64,000 nucleotides of DNA from Eledone cirrhosa. Lineage: Eukaryota. Below the pieces are notes generated by a model, which did no database searches, had not been told where the DNA came from, and saw nothing but the letters and a program-made list of their open reading frames with translations. The stretch covers positions 1-64,000 of the forward strand of contig CAXHJY010001490.1 in the NCBI GenBank assembly GCA_964016885.1, in the 5' to 3' direction. Position numbers and translations under genes: made by a program. Shown piece by piece: positions 26,683 to 40,521 of the stretch (positions are counted from its first letter, which is position 1; each line of letters starts with the position of its first letter).

Positions 26683-26718
<36 letters not shown>

Positions 26719-26745
26719 TCATCATTACACCAACCACTGTCATAG

Positions 26746-26777
<32 letters not shown>

Positions 26778-28134
26778 TATGATAGTGTATATATATATAT
26801 AGTTGGTCAGGTCTGTTCCCATTGTCTTACTGAGGGTCAGGGACAGTTGAGCCAATGTTAATCTATATGATGTGTCCTGAATCCTCATCTGACCTTTATT
26901 TGGAAGCTGGCTACATATATATATATATATATATATGTGTACATACATATATATATATATATATATACATACATATATATACATATACATACATATATAC
27001 AGTCCTATGCGAGCAAGACAATCACTCTTGCCTCAAGTGGGAATACCCCCGTCCAAACCCATGCAAGCGTGGAACACGGACGTTAAACGTTGATGATGAT
27101 GATGATGATATATACATATATATACATATATATATATATATATAATACACATACATGTCGGAGAATTGCGTCAAAGGAGTCATAAGAGGAGGGGAGGGGG
27201 AGGTCAATATGAAGAATTCAGAATGAGCAAAGACAATGTAGGGTTAAGAGGACTCTTTGGTCTGGTCAGGGACATGAAAACTCCTTCAGTGCTGATGCCA
27301 CACTAAAATGTAGCCAGTACACTCTGCAAAGTGGTTGATAGGAAGAAGGGCATCCAACTGTGGAAACCATGTGAGAAATAGAGTGTATGAGTAAAATATG
27401 ATCCTGTCTAGGAGTGGAGAAACTCTGAACAAAAACTGACTTGATCACCTAACTGGTCTCAGAGCCTGCTGACTTGGACTATGATGACCCTTCCAACCCA
27501 TGCTGACTTGTCCAACCCATGCCAGCATGGAAAGTGAATGTAAAATGTTGATGATGATGATGATGATGATGAATTTGCCATGGCACACACAACACCAACC
27601 CAACTCTGCCCCAACTCTCAGCTGACAGCCAGAAAATATAAACCAGAGTGTAGCAAGACATGTGTAAACATGTGTAAAACATGGAGTCTTGACACATTCC
27701 ACTGATATGTAGCAGCACCCCTCAGATACAGACAACATATCAATATGTGCTGATAGCCTTATCTCATATATACCTACTTTAGCAGTAGCCTTGATTTGAA
27801 CTTAGAAAGTCTCCATAATACACCACCAGTTACAACATCTACTTCTAAATGTCAAGAAGTAACAGTTTCTTGCCATATTTTCCATACATATTCCTCGGGA
27901 AGTTTCAGTTAAACCTCTTTTAGAGATAATCTCACATTTGGAAATAATCCTGTTTTAACTTCAAAAGAGAAGAGAAGAAGAGATAGAGAGAGGCAGAGAG
28001 GGAGGAAGGGAGAGAGGTACAGTGTGGGAAAGAGATAGAAAGAGAGAGGAGGAGAAAGAGAGAGAAGGGTTGGGGAGATTTGAACTATTTAGTGGTAGAT
28101 TAGAGTTAGGCTGTATTGGAATGTTAGTGTGGTT

Positions 28135-28750
28135 GACTGTTATATAGACAGTGTGTATATATTGTTATATAGACAGTGTGTAGATATGGTTATATAGACA
28201 GTGTGTAGATATGGTTATATAGACAGTGTGTATATATTGTTATATAGACAGTGTGTATATATGGTTATATAGACAGTGTGTAGATATGGTTATATAGACA
28301 GTGTGTATATATTGTTATATAGACAGTGTGTAGATATGGTTATATAGACAGAGTGTGTAGATATAGTTATATAGACACAGTGTGTAGATATTGTTATATA
28401 GACAGTGTGTATATATGGTTATATAGACAGTGTGTATATATGGTTATATAGACAGTGTGTAGATATGGTTATATGGACAGTGTGTAGATATGGTTATATA
28501 GACAGTGTGTATATATTGTTATATAGACAGTGTGTATATATGGTTATATAGACAGTGTGTATATATGGTTACATAGACAGTGTGTAGATATTGTTATATA
28601 GACAGTGTGTATATATGGTTATATAGACAGTGTGTATATATTGTTATATAGACAGTGTGTAGATATTGTTATATAGACAGTGTGTAGATATTGTTATATA
28701 GACACAGTGTGCATATATGGTTATATAGACAGTGTGTAGATGTTGACTGG
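28135..28750. repeat. 24-bp minisatellite
   Basis: Unit gttatatagacagtgtgta(g/t)atat(g/t). Confidence 0.95.
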
Positions 28751-29634
28751 ATATATAACTCAATATACAACAACAACCATTTTAACCTTTATTCTTTCCA
28801 TATTTGGCACAAAGCTAGCAATTTGAAGGGAAGGGAAAAATTGACCCCAGCATCTTACTGGTATTTTATTTTATTGATCTCATAAGGGTGAAATGCAAAG
28901 CAAACCACAGCAAGATTTGGACTCAGCTGCAGCAACACCACCACCACCACCATTCCAATCACCACCAACACCATCAACATTACCATCATCACCAACACCA
29001 TCAGCATCACCACCACCATCACCACCATTACCACCACCATCACCACTACCATCAACATTACCACAAATTATCTTCAACATCCTCATCATCAACACCCCGA
29101 CCACCACTATCATTATCACTCCCATCACCACCACCACTATCACCACCATCACCACCACCACCACTATCACCACTACTACCATTATCACCACCACCATCAC
29201 CATCACTCCCACCACCACCACCACCACCACTACTACCATTATCACTCCCATCACCACCACCACCACCATCACCACTCCCACCACCACCACCACCATTATC
29301 ACTCCCATCACCACCATCACCACTCCCACCACCACTACCACTACTACCATTATCACTCCCATCACCATCACCACCACCACCACCATCACCATCACCACCA
29401 CCACTACTACCATTATCACTCCCATCACAACCACCACTACTACCATTATCACTCCCATCACCACCACCACCACCACCACCACCACCACCACCACCACTAT
29501 CATCATCATCGTCATCAGTTTCAGTAGAGTTTGTGGTTTATCTTGGCAGGACATAAAAATGGAATGTGAAGAAATAGCAGATGTTTGTAATGTAGCCATC
29601 TCTGGTGCTGCTTGGAACATGTATATTAAATAGT

Positions 29635-30027
29635 TCTACATGTTTATAACATGGCTCTACATGTATATAATATGGCTCTACATGTCTATAACATGGCTCT
29701 ACATGTCTATAACAGAGCTCTACATGTATATACCAGAGCTCTACATGTATATAACAGAGCTCTACATGTATATAACAGAGCTCTACATGTATATAACAGA
29801 GCTCTACATGTATATAATATGGCTCTACATGTCTATACCAGAGCTCTACATGTCTAAATATGGCTCTACATGTATATAACAGAGCTCTACATGTATATAA
29901 CATAGCTCTACATGCAGATAACTTGGCTCTACATGCATATAACATGGCTCTACATGCATATAACATGGCTCTACATGTATATAACATGGCTCTACATGTA
30001 TATAACATGGCTCTACATGTATATAAC
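29635..30027. repeat. 21-bp minisatellite
   Basis: Unit ggctctacatgtatataacat and variants. Confidence 0.95.
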
Positions 30028-30029
30028 AA

Positions 30030-30620
30030 AAACTTGGTTGCCCTGATAAATTCCTTGCTTTGGTTAGGTCTTTCCATGATGACATGAAGACTTGGGTTAA
30101 TGTCAGAGGTAACATGTCGGAGCCTATCTCAGTGAAAAATGGAGTGAAACAGGGGGATATTCCAGCACTGACCCTACTTGCCATATACTTTGCAATGGTT
30201 TTCTATATTGCATTCAGGAATTGCAACCATGGTGTTTACATCTACTATTGAACCTCTGGCAGCATATTTAACATCAGACACTTTGATGCAAAAACAAAAG
30301 TATTTACCTCTATCATAAGAGACCTTTTGTATGCTACTGTGATCTTGTAGCGCACACAGAGGTTGATATGCAGCACATTTTGAGTGCATTTCCTGATGCT
30401 TGCACTGCCCTAGGATTGACTGTCAGTCTCAAGAAAACCATTGTCATGAACCAACCTGCCCCTGGTAAGCAGTACAGTGAACCAAATATCTATGTGAATG
30501 GTAAACGACTTGGGAAGCACTGTCAATCGATACAGCAACCTTGATAATGAAATTCCACTCAGGATTAGGAAAGCAAGTGATGCTTTCAGAAAGCTAGAAA
30601 GGCGACTCTGTGCAAGACAT
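30030..30620 (+). mobile_element. RTE/BovB-like RT fragment
   Basis: SFHDDMKTWVNVRGNMSEPISVKNGVKQGDIPALTLLAIYF; decayed LGLTVSLKKTIVM and RIRKASDAF motifs. Confidence 0.75.
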
Positions 30621-31084
30621 TTTAGATCATTGGCTGGGCTAAAAAGCCACATTCGACCGCAGCACCGTTAATTATTAATATGTGTGTGTGTGTGTGTGTG
30701 TTTTATTGTTCAATGGCCATATTCGATAATGGGCAGGCAGCCATCATCATGTATGCATGTGTGTGTGTGTGTGTATATGTGCATGTATGTGTGTATGTAT
30801 GTGTGTATGTATATGTGTGTGTGTGTGCAAGTATGTATGTGTGTGTATGTATGTATGTGGGTATGTATGTATGTGTGTATATGTACGTATGTACAAGTAT
30901 GTATGTATGTATGTGTGTATATGTACGTATGTACAAGTATGTATGTAAGTATGTATGCATGCATGAATATATACATGTATGTATATATATATATACACAT
31001 GTGTGTATATATACATGTGTGTGTATATACATGTCTATGTGTATATATAGGTATATGTGTATATGTACATATGTAAGTTTGTAT

Positions 31085-31311
31085 ATAAGGAAGGATCGAT
31101 CGACCTTCGTCAAATCGGACCGAGGAAACAATGTTTCCGTTGGTCTTTCCAGTTGCTAATACTATCTATTGGTCGCAACTCCAGGTAGAAGGAGCAACGT
31201 GAAATAAAGTGTCTTGCTCAAGGACATAACGCATCACCCGGTCCAGGAATCGAACTCACAATCTCAAGATTGTGAATCCAATTCTCTAACCACTCAGCCA
31301 CACGCCTTCAC
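31085..31311 (-). mobile_element. SINE family B variant; related copy at ~39800-40010
   Basis: gaaataaagtgtcttgctcaagg...ggaatcgaactcac...ctaaccactcagccacacgccttcac. Confidence 0.65.
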
Positions 31312-31436
31312 TTGTATATAAGCTGTGCCACAACATCATCATCATCATCATCATTTTTACATCCACTTTTCCACGCCTGCATGGGGTGGACGTATCCTTC
31401 TCAGCACGGCATCTCTCCACATTGGGATCATTTGCT

Positions 31437-31802
31437 CTGTATGCCTCAGGGATTTGAGGTCAGCTCTCACAACCTCTATAGGAGTTCTACATTTGTAGCA
31501 TGACTCGAACACCCCAACTCGCATTAAAGAGCACCTCAACACACATACATCCTCATTTAAAAAACACAATGACAAATGGAGAAACACCATTTATTCTTAA
31601 ATTCCCACATTTCTCTCTCTCGCTTCAATACTGATTGTTACATTTTTGTTGGTGTTTCTCCATTTGTCATTGTGTTTTTTAAATGAGGATGTGTGTGTGT
31701 TGAGGTGCTCTTTAATGCGAGTTGGGGTGTTCGAGTCATGCTACAAATGTAGAACTCCTATAGAGGTTGTGAGAGCTGACCTCAAATCCCTGAGGCATAC
31801 AG
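31437..31802. repeat. Near-perfect 153-bp inverted repeat with 60-bp spacer
   Basis: 31437-31589 is the reverse complement of 31650-31802, with one mismatch seen. Confidence 0.92.
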
Positions 31803-32776
31803 TTTACTCAGCTGTAGAAATGAGATGATAGGGACTGGGGTCCCTATCATTCCACTGCAAAGTGGTCGTGGGGGTGCCACGGCAAAAAAGCACCCAGTAC
31901 TCACTGTAAATGAAGTTGGTGTTAGGAAGAGCATCCAGCTGTAGAAATCAAGCCAGAATCAGTTCCCGTCCCACCCTTGCAAGCAGGGAAAAGTGGACGT
32001 AAAATGAAATGAAATGATGATGATGATGATGATGATGATGAAAGGAAGCCTTACTCATACGTAGACTCAACCCACAAATAAATTAGAGAGTAGAACTCAG
32101 CACACAATACTTGACATAAAAAGACACCCACATGAACATAACCTAAACAACATCTCATTCAAAAATGAAAATTGATTTCATGAAATACCACCAAACAGCG
32201 CTTGTAAATGATTTTAGAAATTTAAATCTAAATTTAATCCCAAAGAAAAGAAACCAGAACATTTTTCTCTGAAATTTCCTTAAACTCTGAAGAAGGGAAT
32301 TTTAAGTCCCAAAATATTATGACAGAAGAAACAAGAGCAACAAAAAAAAAAAAAAAGTTTACCCGGTAACTTCCTTTTTCGTTACTTCACCTTAAAGTCC
32401 ATTTTGCATTGTTTAGCCTTCTATCTCTTTCCACATTATATATTATATTAATATATCTGAAATTTCACCGTAAGCTAGAAAAAAAGAACTCTTTTAATAA
32501 CTGAATCATTTATTTTGTATTATTTACCTCAAAGTATTTGTTTTATTGTATTTTTACCAAGTTTATATGCTATTCCAAATCTGTTCCACAAGCAACACGC
32601 AGTGTACCTAGCATCTTGATTCTCTTAACATTTTTCCCACCCCCACAATCACGGGTGGGGCATACAGCGTTCCTGGTGGTGGGTGATGTCTTTGTGCCGG
32701 TTATTTGTCCCCTCTCTTTCTCCTAACCAGGCGCAAAGACATCACCCACCAGAAAGCTGTATGCCCCACCTGTGAC

Positions 32777-34730
32777 TTCAGAGTGGCAACCATCAATGTA
32801 GGGACACAAAGGTAGGTTGTGTGAGATTGTGGAGGTGCTCAAGCATAAGAAAATTGATGTGTGTTGTATAGAAGAAACCAGGTGGAGAGGAGAATCTTCC
32901 AGACTCCTAGTCGGCAGAAAACAATGCTTCAAATTCTTTGGGAAAGGTAGCAACAGTAGGCTTGGAGGCGTAGGTATTATGCTAGCAAATAAATGGTTGG
33001 ACAAGGTAATCGCAGTATATAAAATAAATGACGGAATCATTATACTTAGGCTCATCCTAAATAGAACAATGGTATCAATCATGTCTGACTATGTACCCCA
33101 ATCTGGTCTGACAGACTAACAAAAGGACCTGTTTGACAAGTCCCTAATAAGTGTAATCTCCCAAACCTGTAACACCGACTTCATTATTGCAGACGACTTC
33201 AACAGACATGTGGGGAGACTAAGAGATGGATTCCATGGGGTTCATGGAGTTTCAGGTTTGGCACAAGAAATGAAGAAGGACTGAGACTCCTGGAATTCAG
33301 TGACACCAATGAACTGACTATCTACAAAACAAAATTCAAGAACCCAGCAAATCAACTGATCACCTATAGTTCAGGTGAGCACACCAGCCAAATTGACTAT
33401 ATCCTCACCAGAAGACAGAGCAATGGTCATAAACACAAAAAGCATCCCGGATGAGGAATTCACCTCCCAACAGAACATGGTAGTACAGTAGCCAGAGTAA
33501 GATCAGGCTGGAGAGATTTCAGAGAGCTACTACCACTATGAAGGGCAGATTGCATGATGCATGTATACGATCATGTATACGACCAGCAATGTTACATGGT
33601 ACTGAGACCTGGGCACTGTGTGCAGAGGACCTGCAAAGACTGGAAAAAAATGAAGCACGCATGCTCCGATGTATGTGTAATAGTAATATACATGAACAGC
33701 AAAGTGTAAATGAACTAAGAGAGAAACTAGGTATAAGAAGGATCAGATGCAGTATGCTAGAGAGGAGATTGTGTTGGTATGGTCATGTGATGCGTATGGA
33801 GGGTGACAGTGGTATAAAAAGGTGCAGGGCAATCAAAATTGATGGAAGCCTTTGAGTAGGAAGACTTGGGATGAGGTGATAAAAGCTGACCATGCACAAC
33901 TGAACCTCTCAAAGACAATGACACAGGATCAAGATCTTTGGCGTTACGCAGTAATACAGAAGACACGCCTTCCCATGCACACAGAGTCAAACATATACCT
34001 AGTAGACACCTCTTAACCACTATACCCCCACCCACTCACTTCTGTCCACACCACCCTTATACTGTGAACAAAACATATCCAGTACACACTGTAAAGAGGT
34101 TGTGTAGGAGTCACGGCTAAAAGCACCCAGTACACACTGTAAAGTGGTTGTGTAGAAGTCACGACTAAAAGCACCCAGTACACTCTGTAAAGTGGTTGTG
34201 TAGAAGTCACGGCTAAAAGCACCCAGTACACACTGTAAAGTGGTTGTGTAGGAGTCATGGCTAAAAGCACCCAGTACACACTGTAAAGTGGTTGTGTAGG
34301 AGTCACGGCTAAAAGCACCCAGTACACTCTGTAAAGTGGTTGTGTAGAAGTCACGGCTAAAAGCACCCAGTACACACTGTAAAGTGGTTGTGTAGGAGCC
34401 ACAGCTAAAAGCACCCAGCACACACTGTAAAGTGGTTGTGTAGGAATCACAGCTAAAAGCACCCAGCACACACTGTAAAGTGGTTGTGTAGGAATCACAG
34501 CTAAAAGCACCCAGCACACACTGTAAAGTGGTTGTGTAGGAATCACAGCTAAAAGCACCCAGCACACACTGTAAATGTGGTTGGCATTAGGAAGAGCATC
34601 CAGCCCTAAAAACCTAGCCAGAAACAGTTCTGTATGAGTAAAACATTGTCCTCTGACCTAACATACCTCAAATGGGACAACCCATCTAATATATGCTAGC
34701 ATGGAAAATGGACGTTAAATGATGATGATG
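32777..34730 (+). mobile_element. Internally deleted RTE LINE (APE joined to C-terminal part) with amplified 48-bp repeat in the 3'UTR
   Basis: APE remnant 32777-33480 joined directly to MLHGTETW...CWYGHV; tail ggacgttaaatgatgatg. Confidence 0.85.
34078..34575 (+). repeat. 48-bp tandem array (~10 copies) inside LINE 3'UTR
   Basis: Unit gtaaagtggttgtgtag(a/g)agtcacggctaaaagcacccagtacacact. Confidence 0.95.
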
Positions 34731-35305
34731 ATATATATATGTATATATCATCATCATCATTGTTTAATGTCCATCTTCCATGCTAGCATGGGTTGGATAT
34801 ACACAACCCAGGCTACATTATAATTACAGTAACATAATTTGTATGGTTGTATTTTTATGTAATATTAATAATTACTAAAACCTTCTAATTAAGATAGGTT
34901 TAATGTTAAGTTATAAGATTATAAACGTTCTTTTTTTTATAACATGTTGTCCATCTGGCTTCGATTTAATATGTAACTGGTTGAAATAATAAATGTTGAG
35001 ATTGTTACATTGAGGTTCCAGTGGCAACAGAAGTAGCTATATCCTCTCTAAACACCTTATCTTTAAAGCTTCATATTAAAGTTGTTGTTGTTGGAGTGGT
35101 TGTTCTTGTCGTTGTTGTTGTTGTTGTTGGAGTTGTTTTTAATAACAGACTGTTTTAATATATGGAAATTCTGGCTGAGAAACATTCTCAGTGCTGCTAG
35201 GCTTAACACACCACTAATTAAAGTTTTACATGTCTGCAGTTATAATATATGTATGTGTATATATTCACATATTTATAGTATATGTACATACATGCATATG
35301 TATGT

Positions 35306-35358
<53 letters not shown>

Positions 35359-35471
35359 TATATATATATATATATACATATATATCTATGTATATATATA
35401 CATATATATATATATACACACACACACATATATGTATATACATATATATCTATGTATATATATACATATAT

Positions 35472-35523
<52 letters not shown>

Positions 35524-35597
35524 ATGTACATATATACATATATACACACACACACACACATATATATATACATATATATATACACACATATATATAT

Positions 35598-35628
<31 letters not shown>

Positions 35629-35653
35629 CACACACATATATATATATATATAT

Positions 35654-35684
<31 letters not shown>

Positions 35685-35691
35685 CACACAC

Positions 35692-35722
<31 letters not shown>

Positions 35723-35780
35723 TATATATATATATACACACACACATCTATGTATATATATATACATATATATATATACG

Positions 35781-35884
<104 letters not shown>

Positions 35885-36093
35885 CATATATATGTATATA
35901 TACTATATACATATATATATATACATATAGTATATATGGTAGCACTAGTGCCACAACAAAAAACACCCAGTTCACTCTGCAATGTAGCAGTCTTCTTTCC
36001 TATATATATATAGGATTGTGTGTGTCGCAGCAGAAGTAGCAGTGGCAGCGGCAGTAGTAGTAGTAGTAGTAGTAGTAATAGTAGTAGTGGTAA

Positions 36094-36138
<45 letters not shown>

Positions 36139-36339
36139 CAGTAACAGTAATAGTAAAAGTAGTAGCAGCAGCAGCAGTAGTAGTAGTAGCACCTGTAGTA
36201 GTAACAGTAGTAGTAATAGTAGTAGCAGCAGTAGTAGCAGCAGAAGCAGTAGCAAGAGTAGCAGCAGTAGTATTTCTCTGCTACGTGTGAGGAGCTGAAA
36301 TATTTGAATCCTATTTTAGAGACTTTCTAAAATCTATCT

Positions 36340-36700
36340 ATGATTTGATGAGATGTTGATGGCTTCCATGTTTGAAAAACAAGTCCCCTTAATGAACCAC
36401 TTGAACTTGAAGAAAAGGAAAAAGTCTATTTTGGTTTCAAGACACTCAAGGGCATCCTCACACACCTGCAAGTATTGCTCCTTCTGGTCACCATACAGCA
36501 GCTTCGGTACCATTATAGGTACCTGTTGTGGTTCGTGCCCAGCTCACTTGTGGTCAGTCAAACCATCAGCCGACAATTGCCTTGCCTCAGTGTTAGCCTC
36601 AGTTCTGCTTGTTGAAGATTTTCCACATCCTCGCATCCCTCTTTGAACCTTTTGTGCCTCTCAAAAACCCTTGAGCAAGATGCGTCTCCTCTCAATACAC
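36340..36700 (-). mobile_element. Internally deleted Tc1/mariner transposase remnant
   Basis: Minus strand encodes VPKLLYGDQKEQYLQVC (WVPxxL motif) joined to DFFLFFKFKWFIKGTCF (post-catalytic DFFLF motif); the DD34D core is missing. Confidence 0.6.
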
Positions 36701-37679
36701 TTGCTGATGGAGTTTGCCCCAGCCAGACCAGAAAATTCAGGAGGAGCTGTTAACAAAAGCACGTGAAAAAACATACAATGGCTGCAGAGAACTGAGATTG
36801 TAATTGAATACTGCCTGGATAGTATGTCACATGGTGACACAACCCACTAATCCCTAATTCACTCATAGATTACACAGCACAGTAAGCCCTGTTACTTTTC
36901 TGATACATCTTACACACCTTTTACTCCCTTACCCTAAAATTTACTACACATACACACACCCACACATACATAAATAATACACATATTCACATTAAACTCT
37001 AACATCTTCATTCATTCAAATAAAATCTATGTCCTCACTATGCATACACGCTTACACTCACGCACACACATATTTTCCCTTTTCACATGCCTTTCGCTAC
37101 ATAAACTTACAATCTCGCACACACATACATACATATATCAAACACATATTCTCACACATATTTCACTATGTGCACGCGCAAAACTCTAAATTTGAATGTC
37201 TTTTCCTTACATTTAAATTAAATCTGCCAAACAACAACTCTTCTTCAACTTCTCTCTAAATACCCATACACGGATCCTCTCTTGAGAATGGGTTTTTAAG
37301 CCCGAAAATATTTGAGATCAATAAATTTGCAATAGTAAAATTCTATCGTCCTCACTTTTCCCCCAGTCTTTATCCTCTATAACTCCTATTACCTCGGCAC
37401 TTTTAATCTTACACGCATTGTTGGGCTTCCAAATATTTAAACTTATATAAATATATTCCCATTAAGCTCAATTTAACTGAACTGATCAGATAAAGTGGTA
37501 TACCATCCCACCACCACTACTGGTTTGCAAAAGAGGCAGATGGAAAGTGAGAAGAGGTTGTTTGCTACAGGGATATATATTGTATCACTCCAGATGCCAT
37601 GTAGTAAGACTGCATCTGGAGTGACATTATAAAGTCCTGCTGTGTGATATATAATGTCACAATGCCATCCAATGCACCG

Positions 37680-38330
37680 CCTTGCAAGTTTTCATGCAGC
37701 CTCACAACCGCCACAGCAGTGCCTGGCTCCATGCCTTACCCTCCTTCTCCACTGGTACACAGATGGACAATGATAGCCTGTTCATTGGGGTTTCCCTGAG
37801 GTTTGGCCTCCAGATCTACGAGCCACACAAATGTCGCTGCAGATCCACTGTGGACACTTTCGGCCTCCACCCACTTTCCTGACACTACAGTGCTGGCTGC
37901 CCTCAACGAGGTCATAAAGTATGGCTTCGATGCTGCAGGCTTCCCTTCCCAGCTCAAACTAGTGAGGCTGGACCGAGGAGATGGCAATACGGCAAATAGT
38001 ATGACCATCTTCCCGTTCCGTGGTGGTAAACCCCTCATCTGGGATGCCACTTGCAGCGACACATTCTCCAGCTGCAACCTGGTGGAGTCTGTGACTAACC
38101 AAGGTTCTGCTGCACTTTGGGCTGAGGAGGGTAAACTCTCCAAGTATCAGTCACTCTCCAACAGGTTTGCAGTCAAGCCCCTAGCAGTGGAGACTTCCGG
38201 TGTCTTTGGCCCCAGGGGTACCTCACTACTTACCACCATAGGTGCTGAGCTGGTTAGCCGTAGCTGTGAGCCTCACGAGATGGAATGGCGCATCTAGCAC
38301 ATCTCCCTTACTATTCTTTGGGGAAAGGCC
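37680..38330 (+). mobile_element. CRE-like non-LTR retrotransposon C-terminal remnant (zinc knuckle + restriction-like endonuclease)
   Basis: SSAWLHALP...LRFGL...CRC...GLHPLS; GKPLIWDATCSDT...AEEGKLSKY...PLAVETSGVFGP. Confidence 0.7.
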
Positions 38331-39360
38331 TTCTCCCTTCTGTCCGCCAGGGCTGTGGGGGCAGCCAGCACGTGGGACCCTATTTGCTCATAATACAGAG
38401 AGATGGGGAGGGTAAGAGAGATGGAGGTGATGACAGGGGGAGTTCGGCTCTTCTGTGTGCAGACCTGGTGTGCAGCATCAGGTGTCTATAATGATGTAAA
38501 AGCGGCATCATTTTCCTCGTCTTTTCGTTGTTTGGTTTCTGTGATCAGCCGATATCTGTGCCGCCAATTCAATAGGTCCACCTGTCGTACTGTAGTTATT
38601 ATCTCTCTAAAACCCTATTCCTAAAATAGAGAGATAACTATGTTGGTCATAACATACTGTATCACAACACTATGTATAGTCAGTGACAGGGCCTCTGTGA
38701 TTGGTGAGGGGAGGGGAGAGAAGGTTAACATCCATAACCCCCTTCTTATGGCCCCTGACAGGGGTAAGGGCAAAAAAAGAGATGACTAGCATCCATAACT
38801 TTTCCCAAGGCTTTTGAGATTGGTGAAGGGGCAAGAATAGCACCCAGAACACTTTTTTAAGGCTCAGAATGGGGTAAGGGTCAGGGAGGAAGGTATCCTA
38901 AAAATGTAGACATTACTCTAGTGGAGTTTGTTAGATACCAACAGGCCAAGTGGTGGTGTTCAATTAGGAAACAGATTTTAATTACAATATTACTAATTAT
39001 ATTTCAATTAAATCATGAAGAACTTTCAACGGATTTATTAAAATTATTTATTATTTCATTACTAAGATAGTAACTTCACTGTTATCCAGGGTATCAAAAG
39101 TGTCTGCCACCCAAGTAGACCACAATAGATTTTCAACACAGAAAACCAGAAATCATCACATCTGATGCTCTAACAATTCTACTGACAAACATATATTTTA
39201 ATTATATATATATAAAACGAAGGAAGTGTGGTAAGGAACCAGGTGGACCATAACGCACCAGAGTACTCAATACTTTGGCTAGTAGAGTGGGTAATAGGAA
39301 AAGAGTCAGAACTCCGACGGCAGAGCTCAAGCCGTTTCGACAGCTATTTCTGGACTCCAG

Positions 39361-39424
<64 letters not shown>

Positions 39425-39663
39425 GTACCTAATTATGTATGGTTAACTATTTGTCTAGTCAATTTCTACAGGCTATCAGAAATACTGGATAAATTTTCTG
39501 TAGCTATGAGTCGCAGATAAAAAGCTATATCATTTACCTATTATTTCTTCTTCAAAGTATATTTTAAACTTTTAGCCTCGTTTAAATGACGTTTTGTGTG
39601 GTTGATTTATGCTGATTGGGAGAAGAAATACTGTATATATTTTATCTAATGATTCTATGGACT

Positions 39664-39695
<32 letters not shown>

Positions 39696-40030
39696 TTACA
39701 ACTTGTGTGCATATGTGTGCATAGATTGAATATATATATATATATATATATTTACAACTTGTGTGCATATGTGTGCATAGATTGAATGTATATAATAGTC
39801 GATGGACAAGATCCCAGGCCTCATTCACTTAACAGACCAAGGAAACAATGTTTCCATTAGTCTTTCCAATTGCTAATACTATCTACCGATCACAAATCCA
39901 GGCAGAAGAAACAACATGAAATAAAGTGTCTTGTTCAAAGACATAACGCATTGCCTGATCTAGGAATTGAACTCACTTGCGAATCCAATTCTCTAACCAC
40001 GTGCCTTCACTTGAATGTATGTATATGTGT

Positions 40031-40085
<55 letters not shown>

Positions 40086-40521
40086 TATCATACACACATG
40101 AATGAAACAGTTCTAGTCCTGAAGTAGCCCTTTCTATATTAAATATGTTCACACTCTACTAATGTATTGAGTACCTTATTAACTGTGTTTACTCTGGATT
40201 TAACACAGGATCTGCATACTATCGAAGATATTTATTGATTAATATCTATTGATCAGGTCCAGGTGCGTCTTTAATCTGTCTGTATTTTTCATTGTTGTAG
40301 TATTAAGGTGGCAACATGTCTCTGGTCACATTATTCATTGTGTCACTATTACCTAACTCATTGTGATTACTCTGAGGAGTAATTTATTGATTACTTAATT
40401 TCTTAATTACTATCATTGAGTGCTTCGTGACAGTCTTTGAAATTCAATCAGATGCGAATCTGCTACTTACAGCTGCAACTTCGTTTATACTCATTACTAT
40501 TATATTATATTAATTATAGTA

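Noticed and set aside
34078-34575. CRISPR-like appearance of the tandem arrays (also 7232, 44772, 48252 and 62430)
   Set aside because: Units are contiguous with no unique spacers, there are no cas genes, and the context is eukaryotic.
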